A program made the translations under genes and the position numbers. From the NCBI RefSeq assembly GCF_000306885.1, contig NC_018267.1:925991-957990 (forward strand): 32,000 nt of DNA. Reading direction: 5' to 3'. Of the stretch, positions 11,786-20,860 are shown piece by piece. Position 1 is the first letter of the stretch. Each line of letters begins with the position of its first letter. The notes under the pieces are model-generated. The model saw only the letters and a program-made list of their open reading frames with translations. It was not told the origin of the DNA and ran no database searches. The stretch comes from Wolbachia endosymbiont of Onchocerca ochengi (lineage in GTDB: Bacteria > Pseudomonadota > Alphaproteobacteria > Rickettsiales > Anaplasmataceae).

Positions 11786-12136
11786 TTATACAATTTCCTC
11801 TAGCTTTATAGTTAAATTGCTGTAATACTTATTAACCCTATTAGCCCTACCCATAGCCTTTGGATATATTCTACGCAAAGTAAAAGACTTGCCTACCAAG
11901 ATTTCCTTTATATATAGACTGTCAATATCTAACCCATAATTATGTTGAGCATTGGCAACTGCAGAATCTAATACTTTCGCTATAAGACCAGCAGCTCTCT
12001 TTTCACAAAACTTCAACTGGACATTAGCAAAAGAAACCTTTTTATTACGTACTAAATTGGCAACCAAACTCAATTTACGAGGAGTTGATTTTAAAACTCC
12101 AGAACTAGCTTTAATTACTGCAAATCTACTTTTCAT
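11786..12136 (-). CDS. rplV: 50S ribosomal protein L22
   Basis: [24 protein letters not shown]..., [12 protein letters not shown]. Confidence 0.95.
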   Translation of the reverse strand: MKSRFAVIKASSGVLKSTPRKLSLVANLVRNKKVSFANVQLKFCEKRAAGLIAKVLDSAVANAQHNYGLDIDSLYIKEILVGKSFTLRRIYPKAMGRANRVNKYYSNLTIKLEEIV

Positions 12137-12141
12137 ACCAA

Positions 12142-12426
12142 TTACCTTCTTACCGCTTTTTTATCACCACTATGACCATTAAATTTACGGGTAGGTGAAA
12201 ATTCACCAAACTTATGACCTACCATATTTTGATCATTAACACTAACGGGAACATAATCTTTACCGTTATAAACAGCAAATTTTAAACCTAAACAATTAGG
12301 AAGAATTATAGAAGCTCTAGAGTGAATCTTTATTACTTTATTAATAGTACCCTCTTTTAAAACCCTATTCACCAATTTTAATACAGAAGGATGACAAAAA
12401 GGTGGTTTCCATACAGATCTACTCAT
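12142..12426 (-). CDS. rpsS: 30S ribosomal protein S19
   Basis: [13 protein letters not shown]..., [23 protein letters not shown]. Confidence 0.98.
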   Translation of the reverse strand: MSRSVWKPPFCHPSVLKLVNRVLKEGTINKVIKIHSRASIILPNCLGLKFAVYNGKDYVPVSVNDQNMVGHKFGEFSPTRKFNGHSGDKKAVRR

Positions 12427-12429
12427 AAA

Positions 12430-13263
12430 CTAACCTTTCAACTGTTTTATATACTTGTTACTAAATTTATTTTTCTTTCGAGTTTTTTTTCCTTTTGTTG
12501 CAACACCCCAAGGAGTAACAGGATGACGTCCACCAGAGGTTTTTCCTTCTCCACCTCCATGAGGATGATCAACTGGGTTCATAGCAACTCCACGAACAGT
12601 AGGTCTAATCCCCAACCATCTACTTCTCCCTGCTTTACCCAGTTTTCTATTCTTACGATCAGGATTAGATACTGCACCAATAGTAGCCTTACAAGAAGAT
12701 AAAACCAATCTAACTTGACCAGACCTTAACCGTAATAATACATAGTTACCATCATGACCGACAATTTGTGCATAACAACCAGCAGCTCGAGCAATTACAG
12801 CACCATTACCTGGCTTCAATTCAACACCGTGAACAAAAGAACCAATAGGTATACATTTTAACGGTAAACAATTACCTGCTACTATATCAGCACTATCACT
12901 TGACATCACATAATCACCAGGCTTTACATTTTGAGGAGCTAATATATAAGATTTAGTATTACTACTTCCATATAATATTAACGCTAAAAAACCACTCCTA
13001 TTCGGATCATACTCTATTTTTTCAACTATACCTTGATCACCTCTATTGCGTTTAAAATCTACAATTCTATACTTTTTTTTATGGCCACTACCTTTATGAG
13101 AAGTTGTAATCCTACCACAATTATTCCTTCCACCGCTAGACTTCTTACCAAATGTAAGAGATTTCTCTGGCTTACCTTTTGACAACCCAACTCTACTTAT
13201 CAACACAGTTCCACGAGAAGACGGAGTAACAGGATTAAGAAATTTTACGCCCATATTAAACAC
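12430..13263 (-). CDS. rplB: 50S ribosomal protein L2
   Basis: [12 protein letters not shown]..., [31 protein letters not shown]. Confidence 0.99.
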   Translation of the reverse strand: MFNMGVKFLNPVTPSSRGTVLISRVGLSKGKPEKSLTFGKKSSGGRNNCGRITTSHKGSGHKKKYRIVDFKRNRGDQGIVEKIEYDPNRSGFLALILYGSSNTKSYILAPQNVKPGDYVMSSDSADIVAGNCLPLKCIPIGSFVHGVELKPGNGAVIARAAGCYAQIVGHDGNYVLLRLRSGQVRLVLSSCKATIGAVSNPDRKNRKLGKAGRSRWLGIRPTVRGVAMNPVDHPHGGGEGKTSGGRHPVTPWGVATKGKKTRKKNKFSNKYIKQLKG

Positions 13264-13543
13264 TCATTATATTTAATTTTTGACCATCTATTAAAGAAAA
13301 ATAAACCTTCTTTTTTTGTTTTTCATAACCAGACACACCTTTAAAACGCCTACGTTTAGGCCTAACTATAACAACATTTATAGAGGAAACTTTAACTCTA
13401 AATAGAGATTCTATTGCCAACTTTATTTTATGCTTATTTACATTCACAAAAACATACAAAGAATATTTATTAAATTTCTCTTTCAAAAAAGAAGCTTTCT
13501 CTGTAACTATAGGACATTTAATTATATTATTATATTTTATCAT
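13256..13543 (-). CDS. rplW: 50S ribosomal protein L23
   Basis: [52 protein letters not shown]. Confidence 0.94.
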   Translation of the reverse strand: MIKYNNIIKCPIVTEKASFLKEKFNKYSLYVFVNVNKHKIKLAIESLFRVKVSSINVVIVRPKRRRFKGVSGYEKQKKKVYFSLIDGQKLNIMSV

Positions 13544-14154
13544 AATAACCTGTCTTCAAGGTCTTTTAAAGCATCATTTGTTAGCATCACGCACTCATGA
13601 TTTAATATATCAAAAACGTTTAATCCGATAGGCTTGATCAAGTTTATATGATGCAAATTTCTAGTAATCCGCAATAAATTATCTCCATAGTCACCAACCA
13701 TCAAAAAGGAAGAAAATTTAAAATTTTTAATAAATTTACATACTTCAGATGTTTTCTCCATATTAATATCTAAACTATCAAGAACAATTATTTGATTATT
13801 AAAATATTTTAAAGATAAAGCGATTTTTAAACCAAGCTTACGCACTTTTTTATTAAGAGAATAGGCATGACTTCTCACAACAGGACCAAAAACAATTTCC
13901 CCACCTCTAAATTGAGGAGATCGTAAGCTACCTTGTCTTGCCCTACCAGTACGTTTTTGACTATAAGGCTTAGCTGTTGTACCAGAAATATCACTGATAC
14001 CTCTTGTTTTATGAGTACCAGCTCTTCTTTTTGCTAATTGCCATGTAACTATATCGTGCAAAATACTCAATTTTTGTTTAACAAAAAATATCAAAGGGTT
14101 AAGCTGAACAACACCTACATCACCACTAGACAAACTAACTAATTTACATTCCAT
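13540..14154 (-). CDS. rplD: 50S ribosomal protein L4
   Basis: QLAKRRAGTHKTRGISDISGTTAKPYSQKRTGRARQGSLRSPQFRGGEIVFGP. Confidence 0.97.
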   Translation of the reverse strand: MECKLVSLSSGDVGVVQLNPLIFFVKQKLSILHDIVTWQLAKRRAGTHKTRGISDISGTTAKPYSQKRTGRARQGSLRSPQFRGGEIVFGPVVRSHAYSLNKKVRKLGLKIALSLKYFNNQIIVLDSLDINMEKTSEVCKFIKNFKFSSFLMVGDYGDNLLRITRNLHHINLIKPIGLNVFDILNHECVMLTNDALKDLEDRLL

Positions 14155-14156
14155 AA

Positions 14157-14882
14157 CTAACTTACCAAATTACTAGTATTAACATCATTTGTATCTAACA
14201 GCAAACTTACTGAAAAAAGAGCATTTTTATGTAAAGGCTTCTTAACTGCGTCCCTTACAAAAACGTAAGAATTTCTAAATCCAGGAACATTATTGCCTTT
14301 TATAGCAATAATACTATTTTCATGATCAATAAATAATACTTTCATATTCTGTACAGTTACCCTACTACTACCTAAATGACCAGCCATTTTCTTTCCTTTA
14401 AAGACTCTACCAGGATCCTGACATTGACCTGTAGAACCTTGCGACCTATGAGCAATAGAAACACCATGAGACGCTCTAAGTCCACTGAAATTATGCCGCT
14501 TTATTACACCAGCAAATCCTTTACCAATCGAATATCCTGTAATATCAAGATATTGACCAACTATAAAATGGCTAACATCTACTTTCTTACCACATCTTAT
14601 CCCTGAGAGGTTATTTAATCTACTTTCATATAACCTACATCTACTTTTTATTCCTCTTTTCTTCAAATATTCTAACTGAGGCCTTGCAATATTTTTAAAA
14701 TCTCCAGTACCTAAAATAACTGAATTATACCCACACTTATCCTGCTCTTTTACATCAACAATATAAGTTTCATTGAGATATAATAAAGTTACAGCGACAT
14801 GACCACTATTATAATATATAGCAGTATGACCAACATTTTTCATTAACAAACCAATTCTTTTCAGTGAACTTATTCTTTTCAT
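14157..14882 (-). CDS. rplC: 50S ribosomal protein L3
   Basis: GKGFAGVIKRHNFSGLRASHGVSIAHRSQGSTGQCQDPGRVFKGKKMAGHLG. Confidence 0.97.
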   Translation of the reverse strand: MKRISSLKRIGLLMKNVGHTAIYYNSGHVAVTLLYLNETYIVDVKEQDKCGYNSVILGTGDFKNIARPQLEYLKKRGIKSRCRLYESRLNNLSGIRCGKKVDVSHFIVGQYLDITGYSIGKGFAGVIKRHNFSGLRASHGVSIAHRSQGSTGQCQDPGRVFKGKKMAGHLGSSRVTVQNMKVLFIDHENSIIAIKGNNVPGFRNSYVFVRDAVKKPLHKNALFSVSLLLDTNDVNTSNLVS

Positions 14883-15250
14883 TCCCTCTTCCTAAACTTT
14901 ATAACCTTCTTAATTTTTGAATTAACTTCTACTCCAGGAAGAGGAGAAGGGAAAGATGAACTTCCAAGCATTTGTACTATAGTAGGAGTAGGATTATATA
15001 AAACAATCAAACGCTTAGAAGTCCTCCGTTCAAGTTGTTCACGAGATTTTTTATCAACATGAGGAGATCTATTAACATTAAATTTAAGATTGCTCCTTGG
15101 TAAAGCAACCGGACCGGATAATCTTGTGCCAGAATGTTTTAACTTATCCTTAAATTCACGCACAAACTTTCTAACATATTCTTCCAATCTTGAACAATCA
15201 AAAGCTTCTATTTTAATGTGTATTTCTTGCTCCATCTTAGTTACCACCAC
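14879..15250 (-). CDS. rpsJ: 30S ribosomal protein S10
   Basis: IHIKIEAFDCSRLE..., GPVALPRSNLKFNVNRSPHVDKKSREQ. Translation start could be internal (MEQEIH). Confidence 0.97.
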   Translation of the reverse strand: MVVTKMEQEIHIKIEAFDCSRLEEYVRKFVREFKDKLKHSGTRLSGPVALPRSNLKFNVNRSPHVDKKSREQLERRTSKRLIVLYNPTPTIVQMLGSSSFPSPLPGVEVNSKIKKVIKFRKRE

Positions 15251-16423
15251 TTATTCTAAAATTTCGGAAACAACACCAGAACCAACGGTTCTACCACCTT
15301 CTCTTATTGCAAAACGCAATCCCTTATCCATTGCTACCGTTGCCTGCAATTCTACTTCTACACTTAAATTATCTCCTGGCATTACCATTTCTTTCCCTTT
15401 TAACAATCTTATACTTCCTGTTACATCTGTAGTTCTTATATAAAATTGCGGCTGATAATTTTCAAAAAATGGTGTATGTCTTCCTCCCTCTTCTTTTTTT
15501 AATATATATACCTCTGCCTTAAACTTCTTGTGCGGTGTTATTGAATTTGGCTTTGCCAACACTTGACCCCTTTCTACTTCTTCTCTTTTCGTTCCTCTTA
15601 GTAATACCCCTACATTTAATCCAGCAGATCCCTTATCTAGACACTTCTTAAACATTTCTACTCCTGTACATATCGTCTTTCGTGTTGCTTTTAAACCTAC
15701 TATCTCTACCTCTTCGCCCGTTCTTATTTCTCCCCTTTCTATCCTCCCTGTTACTACTGTTCCACGTCCCAGTATTGAAAATACATCCTCAATTGGCATT
15801 AAAAATGGTAAATCCACAGGCCTTGGTGGAACTGCCACATATTCATCTAACTTTTCCATTAGTTTCTCTATTGACCTCTTTCCATATTCACTATCTCCAT
15901 TTTCCAGAGCTTTTAATGCAGACCCAATCACCACAGGAACATCGTTACCAGGAAATTCATACTTACTCAGCAATTCTCTAACTTCCATTTCTACCAAACC
16001 AATCATATCGTGATCAGCCACATCAGCTTTATTTATATACACAACGATATACTTAACACCAACTTGCTTTGCAAGTAATATGTGCTCTCTTGTTTGCGGC
16101 ATTGATCCATCAACTCCAGATACTACTAATATAGCTGCATCCATCTGTGCTGCACCTACTATCATATTTTTCACATAATCAGCATGCCCAGGACAGTCAA
16201 CATGTGCATAGTGTCTCTTATCTGTTTCATACTCAACATGTGCTGTTGCTATCGTTATTCCCCTTTTTCTCTCTTCAGGTGCTTTATCTATTTGATCATA
16301 TGCTACGAAATTTCCATAATACTTCGTTATCGCAGCTGTTAACGTTGTTTTTCCATGATCCACATGTCCTATTGTTCCCACATTTACATGCGGCTTACCA
16401 AATGCCTCTACTATTCGTGCCAT
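15251..16423 (-). CDS. tuf: Elongation factor Tu
   Basis: [52 protein letters not shown]. Confidence 0.99.
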   Translation of the reverse strand: MARIVEAFGKPHVNVGTIGHVDHGKTTLTAAITKYYGNFVAYDQIDKAPEERKRGITIATAHVEYETDKRHYAHVDCPGHADYVKNMIVGAAQMDAAILVVSGVDGSMPQTREHILLAKQVGVKYIVVYINKADVADHDMIGLVEMEVRELLSKYEFPGNDVPVVIGSALKALENGDSEYGKRSIEKLMEKLDEYVAVPPRPVDLPFLMPIEDVFSILGRGTVVTGRIERGEIRTGEEVEIVGLKATRKTICTGVEMFKKCLDKGSAGLNVGVLLRGTKREEVERGQVLAKPNSITPHKKFKAEVYILKKEEGGRHTPFFENYQPQFYIRTTDVTGSIRLLKGKEMVMPGDNLSVEVELQATVAMDKGLRFAIREGGRTVGSGVVSEILE

Positions 16424-16500
16424 AATCTAAATTCTTCTACCTAAAATGTAAATACATCAACATGTAATATATTGATTTTATAAAAATACAACAAAAAAAG

Positions 16501-16572
16501 AGCGGATAGTGGGATTCGAACCCACTTCACTAGCTTGGAAGGCTAGAGCTCTACCAATTAAGCTATACCCGC
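16501..16572 (-). tRNA. tRNA-Gly (anticodon TCC)
   Basis: Minus strand GCGGGTATAGCTTAATTGGTAGAGCTCTAGCCTTCCAAGCTAGTGAAGTGGGTTCGAATCCCACTATCCGCT; 7-bp acceptor stem with one G-T pair, T-loop GTTCGAATC, anticodon TCC; no encoded CCA. Confidence 0.95.
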
Positions 16573-16576
16573 ACAA

Positions 16577-16659
16577 TGGAGGAGATAGGATTCGAACCTA
16601 TGTACGCTTTCGCGGACAGATTTACAGTCTGTTACCTTTAACCACTCGGTCACCCCTCC
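16577..16659 (-). tRNA. tRNA-Tyr (anticodon GTA)
   Basis: Minus strand GGAGGGGTGACCGAGTGGTTAAAGGTAACAGACTGTAAATCTGTCCGCGAAAGCGTACATAGGTTCGAATCCTATCTCCTCCA; class II tRNA with long variable arm, anticodon GTA. Confidence 0.96.
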
Positions 16660-16709
16660 ATAAAAACCTGTTAAAAAAGTATTGTCCCAGTATTTCAACC
16701 TAATCCTTC

Positions 16710-16715
16710 ATTATA
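16710..16715 (-). promoter_or_regulatory. Putative -10 hexamer (TATAAT) upstream of tRNA-Tyr/tRNA-Gly/tuf
   Basis: Perfect TATAAT on the minus strand about 50 nt upstream of the tRNA-Tyr 5' end; no clear -35 box. Confidence 0.3.
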
Positions 16716-16773
16716 TTTAATAATAAATACCTAAAATTAAAAAATCAAGCAGTAAAACCTTTAATAATTTTAA

Positions 16774-17949
16774 TTATGCAGACTTTATTTTATATAATTT
16801 AATATTGTTAATAAAGTACCTAAACAAATAATGTGAATCATGAGTACCTGGCGCTTCTTCTGGATGGTATTGCACAGAGAAAACTGGATAATTTTTCATC
16901 ATTATTCCTTCTATACTGTTATCGAATAGAGAAATGTGAGTAATCTCTACGTTTCTTGGTAAGAAAAACGGATCAACAACAAAGCCATGATTTTGGCTAG
17001 TGATCTCAACTTTTCTGCTATTTATATTATAAACTGGATGATTGCTCCCTCGGTGACCAATATTCATCTTAATAGTTTTTGCTCCCAAGGCAATCGCAAG
17101 TAACTGATGACCCATACATATTCCAAGAATTGGTATTTTGGACTTTATAATGACATTTATTTCTGGAGTTACGGTCTCTCCTATTTCTTGTGGATCACCA
17201 GGACCGTTTGAAAGCACTATGCCATCCGGACACATATTTAATATTCTTTGAGAAAACCCTTTATCTGGCTTAATTAGTTTAATTATGCAACCAAGTTCTA
17301 TTAAGCGTGAAACTATACTAGATTTCACGCCAAAATCAACTATTATGACTTTATACTTTTCAATATTTTGAGCTCCGGTGTCAGTAACTTGGACAACAGA
17401 AGACTTACTAATATCATTGTTTAAACTGACTACATCAATTATTTCCATTCCATTTATAGGTTTATATTCACCCAATTCGTTTGATAGATCTTCTATCACT
17501 TGAATAGTGCGATCACTATAGGCACCAGCATTACACCCTGAAGGATAGGTTAATGAACATATTATTCCATTTTGATACCCATACTTCCTTAAGTGTCTCG
17601 TTAAGGCTCTAGTATCAACTCCTGATATTCCAACTACATCATTTCTCTCTAACCAATCATTTAAACTAATATATGAAGAAGGATGAGATGCAGGAGAAAG
17701 TTCACGCATAATTACACCGCTTGCAAAAATTTTTTTTCCTTCATTATCTTTGCTGTTTATCCCAATATTACCAATATGAGGGAAAGTAAACATTATAATT
17801 TGATCAGCAAAAGAAGGATCAGTTATAGTGTGCTGGTAACCAGTAGCACCAGTAGTAAAACAGATCTCACCTACACACTTGCCCTTTTTACCTATTGACT
17901 TTCCCAAAAAGCATTTACCACTTTGTAAAACTAAAACCGCTTCCTGCAC
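16774..17949 (-). CDS. carA: Carbamoyl-phosphate synthase small subunit
   Basis: TGATGYQHTITDPSFADQIIMFTFPHIGN..., class I glutamine amidotransferase GPGDP, GICMGHQLLA, SVQYHPEEAPGTHDS. Confidence 0.97.
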   Translation of the reverse strand: MQEAVLVLQSGKCFLGKSIGKKGKCVGEICFTTGATGYQHTITDPSFADQIIMFTFPHIGNIGINSKDNEGKKIFASGVIMRELSPASHPSSYISLNDWLERNDVVGISGVDTRALTRHLRKYGYQNGIICSLTYPSGCNAGAYSDRTIQVIEDLSNELGEYKPINGMEIIDVVSLNNDISKSSVVQVTDTGAQNIEKYKVIIVDFGVKSSIVSRLIELGCIIKLIKPDKGFSQRILNMCPDGIVLSNGPGDPQEIGETVTPEINVIIKSKIPILGICMGHQLLAIALGAKTIKMNIGHRGSNHPVYNINSRKVEITSQNHGFVVDPFFLPRNVEITHISLFDNSIEGIMMKNYPVFSVQYHPEEAPGTHDSHYLFRYFINNIKLYKIKSA

Positions 17950-18166
17950 TTAATTCTCTCTAATTGATTCAAGGTAGTATATAAGAGTTTTTAACAATAC
18001 AATAGGTAAAAAACTCCTTCTAAAATTTTAAACCGTAATTGTAAATGGGTAAAGAATAACATGAGAAACACTTTCAATATACTCTTACATAAAACATGTC
18101 TTGACCACTTTCACACTTCATGTTAATTTAAATAAGTTATTTTTTAAGCAGAATAAAGAGCTTGCG

Positions 18167-18655
18167 ATGTACAATAATGAAGATCAATCTAAGAGAATAA
18201 ATAAAAAGCGGCACATTATAGCAGCTAGTTTATTATTACTCGTAGTAACGCTATCATCAATTTTTCTTTTAGCAAAAATGGTTATAGGGCTAGCTATAGC
18301 TTCAATTATAGCAACAGCGACAAAAATTATCTCTAAAGCAGTATCGAATGTCTTAAAGGATAAACAGGCAGATCAAAATCAAGTAACGCAAAAAACTACA
18401 CAAGATAAAATCACAAATTTAGCTATTGGGCTAATGTCTATATTTGCAGGAGGATTATCACTGCTTATTTTAGTACAAACTGGTTTGACTTCAGCATGTG
18501 CAGCCATAGCTGCTTTAGCTCTATATGAACCTTTTAAAGGCGAGAAAATAGGCAAAAGCATAGATGAAAAACTAGATAATGCAGTTAATGGTACAACTCA
18601 TTTTGTTATTAGTAGTGTCGAGAAATTTATTTCACCACAAAGCTGCCAGGTATAG
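18167..18655 (+). CDS. Uncharacterised small predicted membrane protein, probably lineage-restricted
   Basis: Open to a TAG stop at 18655. Two strongly hydrophobic segments (IIAASLLLLVVTLSSIFLLAKMVIGLAIASIIAT and LAIGLMSIFAGGLSLLILVQTGLTSACAAIAALAL) within charged flanks. ATG at 18167 preceded by AAAGAG; the track start is TTG at 18101. Confidence 0.7.
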   Translation: MYNNEDQSKRINKKRHIIAASLLLLVVTLSSIFLLAKMVIGLAIASIIATATKIISKAVSNVLKDKQADQNQVTQKTTQDKITNLAIGLMSIFAGGLSLLILVQTGLTSACAAIAALALYEPFKGEKIGKSIDEKLDNAVNGTTHFVISSVEKFISPQSCQV

Positions 18656-18752
18656 CCTGCTTTGATGTTTGCTTTAGTACATTAATCAAGTAAATTGTAT
18701 AATTCGTTTGCATTTCTCCTACTAACATAAATTGAATATACGTAGAGTCCAC

Positions 18753-19661
18753 TTACTCTATAAATTTTTTCATCATGCTTGATTTCAAACCACGGATAAA
18801 ATCTGCAACCGTGCAAGGATTTCTTCCTTCCATTTGCACCACTTTAGGAATTAAAATGCCGCTTTTTAAGCTTATGTGCATATCATCATTAATAATCTCA
18901 CCTTGTGCTGAAGTTAAAGATAGATTTACTTTAAAATCAGCATCAAGTATTCTGAGACGTTTGTTTTCTATTTTGACAAACGCCTTAGGATAAAACGCTT
19001 TAACTTTCCTATAGGCAACTTCACAAGCATTACTTGCATATATTCTATAATCTTCCACTTTATCAGCGTAACATACATTATCATCTCTCTGTTCTAAAGG
19101 AACCTGTTTTTCAATTTTATTCAATATCTCCATCAGCAAATTACTGCCTAATATAGATAATCTATCATACAACGTCTTGTAATTATCATTTTTTCCAATA
19201 ATAAACTTTTTCTGCTTTAAAATAGGACCAGAATCCAACCCTTCATTCAACTGTATAATGCTAACCCCAGTTTCTTGGTCTCCTGCTAGAATTGCACGTT
19301 GTATAGGAGCTGCACCGCGCCATCTAGGCAACAATGAAGGATGAATATTAATACAACCGTATTTGGGAACATTCAAAATTTCTTTTGGAAGAATCAATCC
19401 ATATGAGACAACAACTACAATATCTGGTTTAAAATTTCTAAGCTTTTCTTGCTCTATTAAAGACTTTAGAGACGTAGGAGTACATACCTCTATATCATTT
19501 TCTTCAGCGATAGCATGTACAGGAGATTTTGTTAGCCTTTGCCCACGCCCTGATGGTTTTGGAGCCTTAGTATATATTGCTATTACCTCATTTTCTGACT
19601 TTAATAATAGGTTTAGTGTGCCAACAGCAAATTCAGGCGACCCCATAAAAACAACTCTCAT
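18753..19661 (-). CDS. fmt: Methionyl-tRNA formyltransferase
   Basis: [13 protein letters not shown]..., [23 protein letters not shown]..., GLDSGPIL. Confidence 0.97.
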   Translation of the reverse strand: MRVVFMGSPEFAVGTLNLLLKSENEVIAIYTKAPKPSGRGQRLTKSPVHAIAEENDIEVCTPTSLKSLIEQEKLRNFKPDIVVVVSYGLILPKEILNVPKYGCINIHPSLLPRWRGAAPIQRAILAGDQETGVSIIQLNEGLDSGPILKQKKFIIGKNDNYKTLYDRLSILGSNLLMEILNKIEKQVPLEQRDDNVCYADKVEDYRIYASNACEVAYRKVKAFYPKAFVKIENKRLRILDADFKVNLSLTSAQGEIINDDMHISLKSGILIPKVVQMEGRNPCTVADFIRGLKSSMMKKFIE

Positions 19662-19680
19662 TCTACTTCGCTTAGGAGAT

Positions 19681-20046
19681 TTAAGAATTTTCTACTAACT
19701 TGCTGCTAACAGCTTCTACTAATTTTGTGAAATCATCTTTATAATTAACAGCCATTTCAGCAAGAATTTTTCTATTTAAATCAATTCCAGCAAGCATAAG
19801 CCCATGTATAAACCTACTATAAGTAAGCCCATGTTCTCTTACTGCTGCATTAATACGTATTATCCACAAACTGCGAAAATCACGCTTGCGATTTTTTCTA
19901 TCCCTGTAAGAGTACAGCAATGCTTTTTCAACCTTTTGCAGAGCAATTCTGTAACAATTTTTTGCACGTCCCCTGTATCCCTTTGCTAATTTTAATATTT
20001 TTTTATGACGAGCGTGAGTAGTAACTCCACGTTTTACTCTAACCAT
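19681..20046 (-). CDS. rplT: 50S ribosomal protein L20
   Basis: [27 protein letters not shown]..., [20 protein letters not shown]. Confidence 0.98.
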   Translation of the reverse strand: MVRVKRGVTTHARHKKILKLAKGYRGRAKNCYRIALQKVEKALLYSYRDRKNRKRDFRSLWIIRINAAVREHGLTYSRFIHGLMLAGIDLNRKILAEMAVNYKDDFTKLVEAVSSKLVENS

Positions 20047-20066
20047 TCTATTTTACCTCCATTTTA

Positions 20067-20273
20067 TTAGACACCATAAGGTATATAAAGCTTAACTATA
20101 CGTGAGTCAGACTTACCAAGAATTATCGTACCGCGCTGATTACGAATGCTAGATTTACTCCTTTTCACCATACCATGTCTTTTGCCTGATTGAGTAGAAA
20201 TAACTTTACCTTTAGCTGTAAGATTAAAACGTTTTTTAACAGAAGATTTAGTTTTTAATTTCATTTTCTTCAT
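20067..20273 (-). CDS. rpmI: 50S ribosomal protein L35
   Basis: [31 protein letters not shown]. Confidence 0.96.
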   Translation of the reverse strand: MKKMKLKTKSSVKKRFNLTAKGKVISTQSGKRHGMVKRSKSSIRNQRGTIILGKSDSRIVKLYIPYGV

Positions 20274-20421
20274 ATAAACTCACAAACATTATCACTAAAC
20301 TGCTTTTTATGAAAAGTAGCTAATATAGCATAAATAACTTTACTAAAGAATAAAACAGCATTGTAACTTATAATGCTATAATATGCAATCTAAAAGCTAC
20401 AGCACAAGCTAAAATTGTATA

Positions 20422-20860
20422 TTAAAGAAGCTTAGATGTAACCAAGCCCAGTATATGTGTTATATTTTTATCTCCGAATGGTAACAACATCTGCTTCACT
20501 TTAATACTTTCACTTTCTTCCTTTTCATTGATCAAGCACTCACTATCTACTACAAAGTCAAATTTATCAATGATTACATCTACTTTATATAACTGCAAAA
20601 ATAATGCATCAATTGTATATTTACTATCAATACGCATATTTTTTTTTAAAACCCATAAAATTGAACAGCCTTTCCTCTTACGTTTTCACAAATATAACCT
20701 CGATAATAAAATAATGCTGCCAAAGATTCCATTATTTCAGCGATATCTGTATTGTGTATTGTGCCTTTCCGGCCAGCTTCTTATCTGATCCTTTTGCCTC
20801 ATTCCAGTACTGAGTCACTACATTTGCTATTCTTCTTTCTTCACATGTGTAAAATTCCAT
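20422..20860 (-). pseudogene. Frameshifted gene resembling alphaproteobacterial PAS-like (PF07310-type) proteins
   Basis: Three frames join to MEFYTCEERRIANVVTQYWNEAKG... / RKGTIHNTDIAEIMESLAALFYYRGYICENVRGKAVQFYGF / MRIDSKYTIDALFLQLYKVDVIIDKFDFVVDSE...KQMLLPFGDKNITHILGLVT. Family assignment is from pattern memory only. Confidence 0.5.

Noticed and set aside
3778-14606. Many 60-110 aa plus-strand ORFs opposite the ribosomal protein genes
   Set aside because: All lie opposite confidently identified genes, show no family motifs, and are typical shadow ORFs.
15682-15981. 99-aa plus-strand ORF (and others at 15090-15443, 16147-16425) antisense to tuf/rpsJ
   Set aside because: Antisense to highly conserved tuf/rpsJ, with low-complexity Leu/His-rich translations; expected shadow ORFs.
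18379-18561. 60-aa minus-strand ORF inside the membrane-protein gene
   Set aside because: Short and fully antisense to a longer ORF with clear membrane-protein character.
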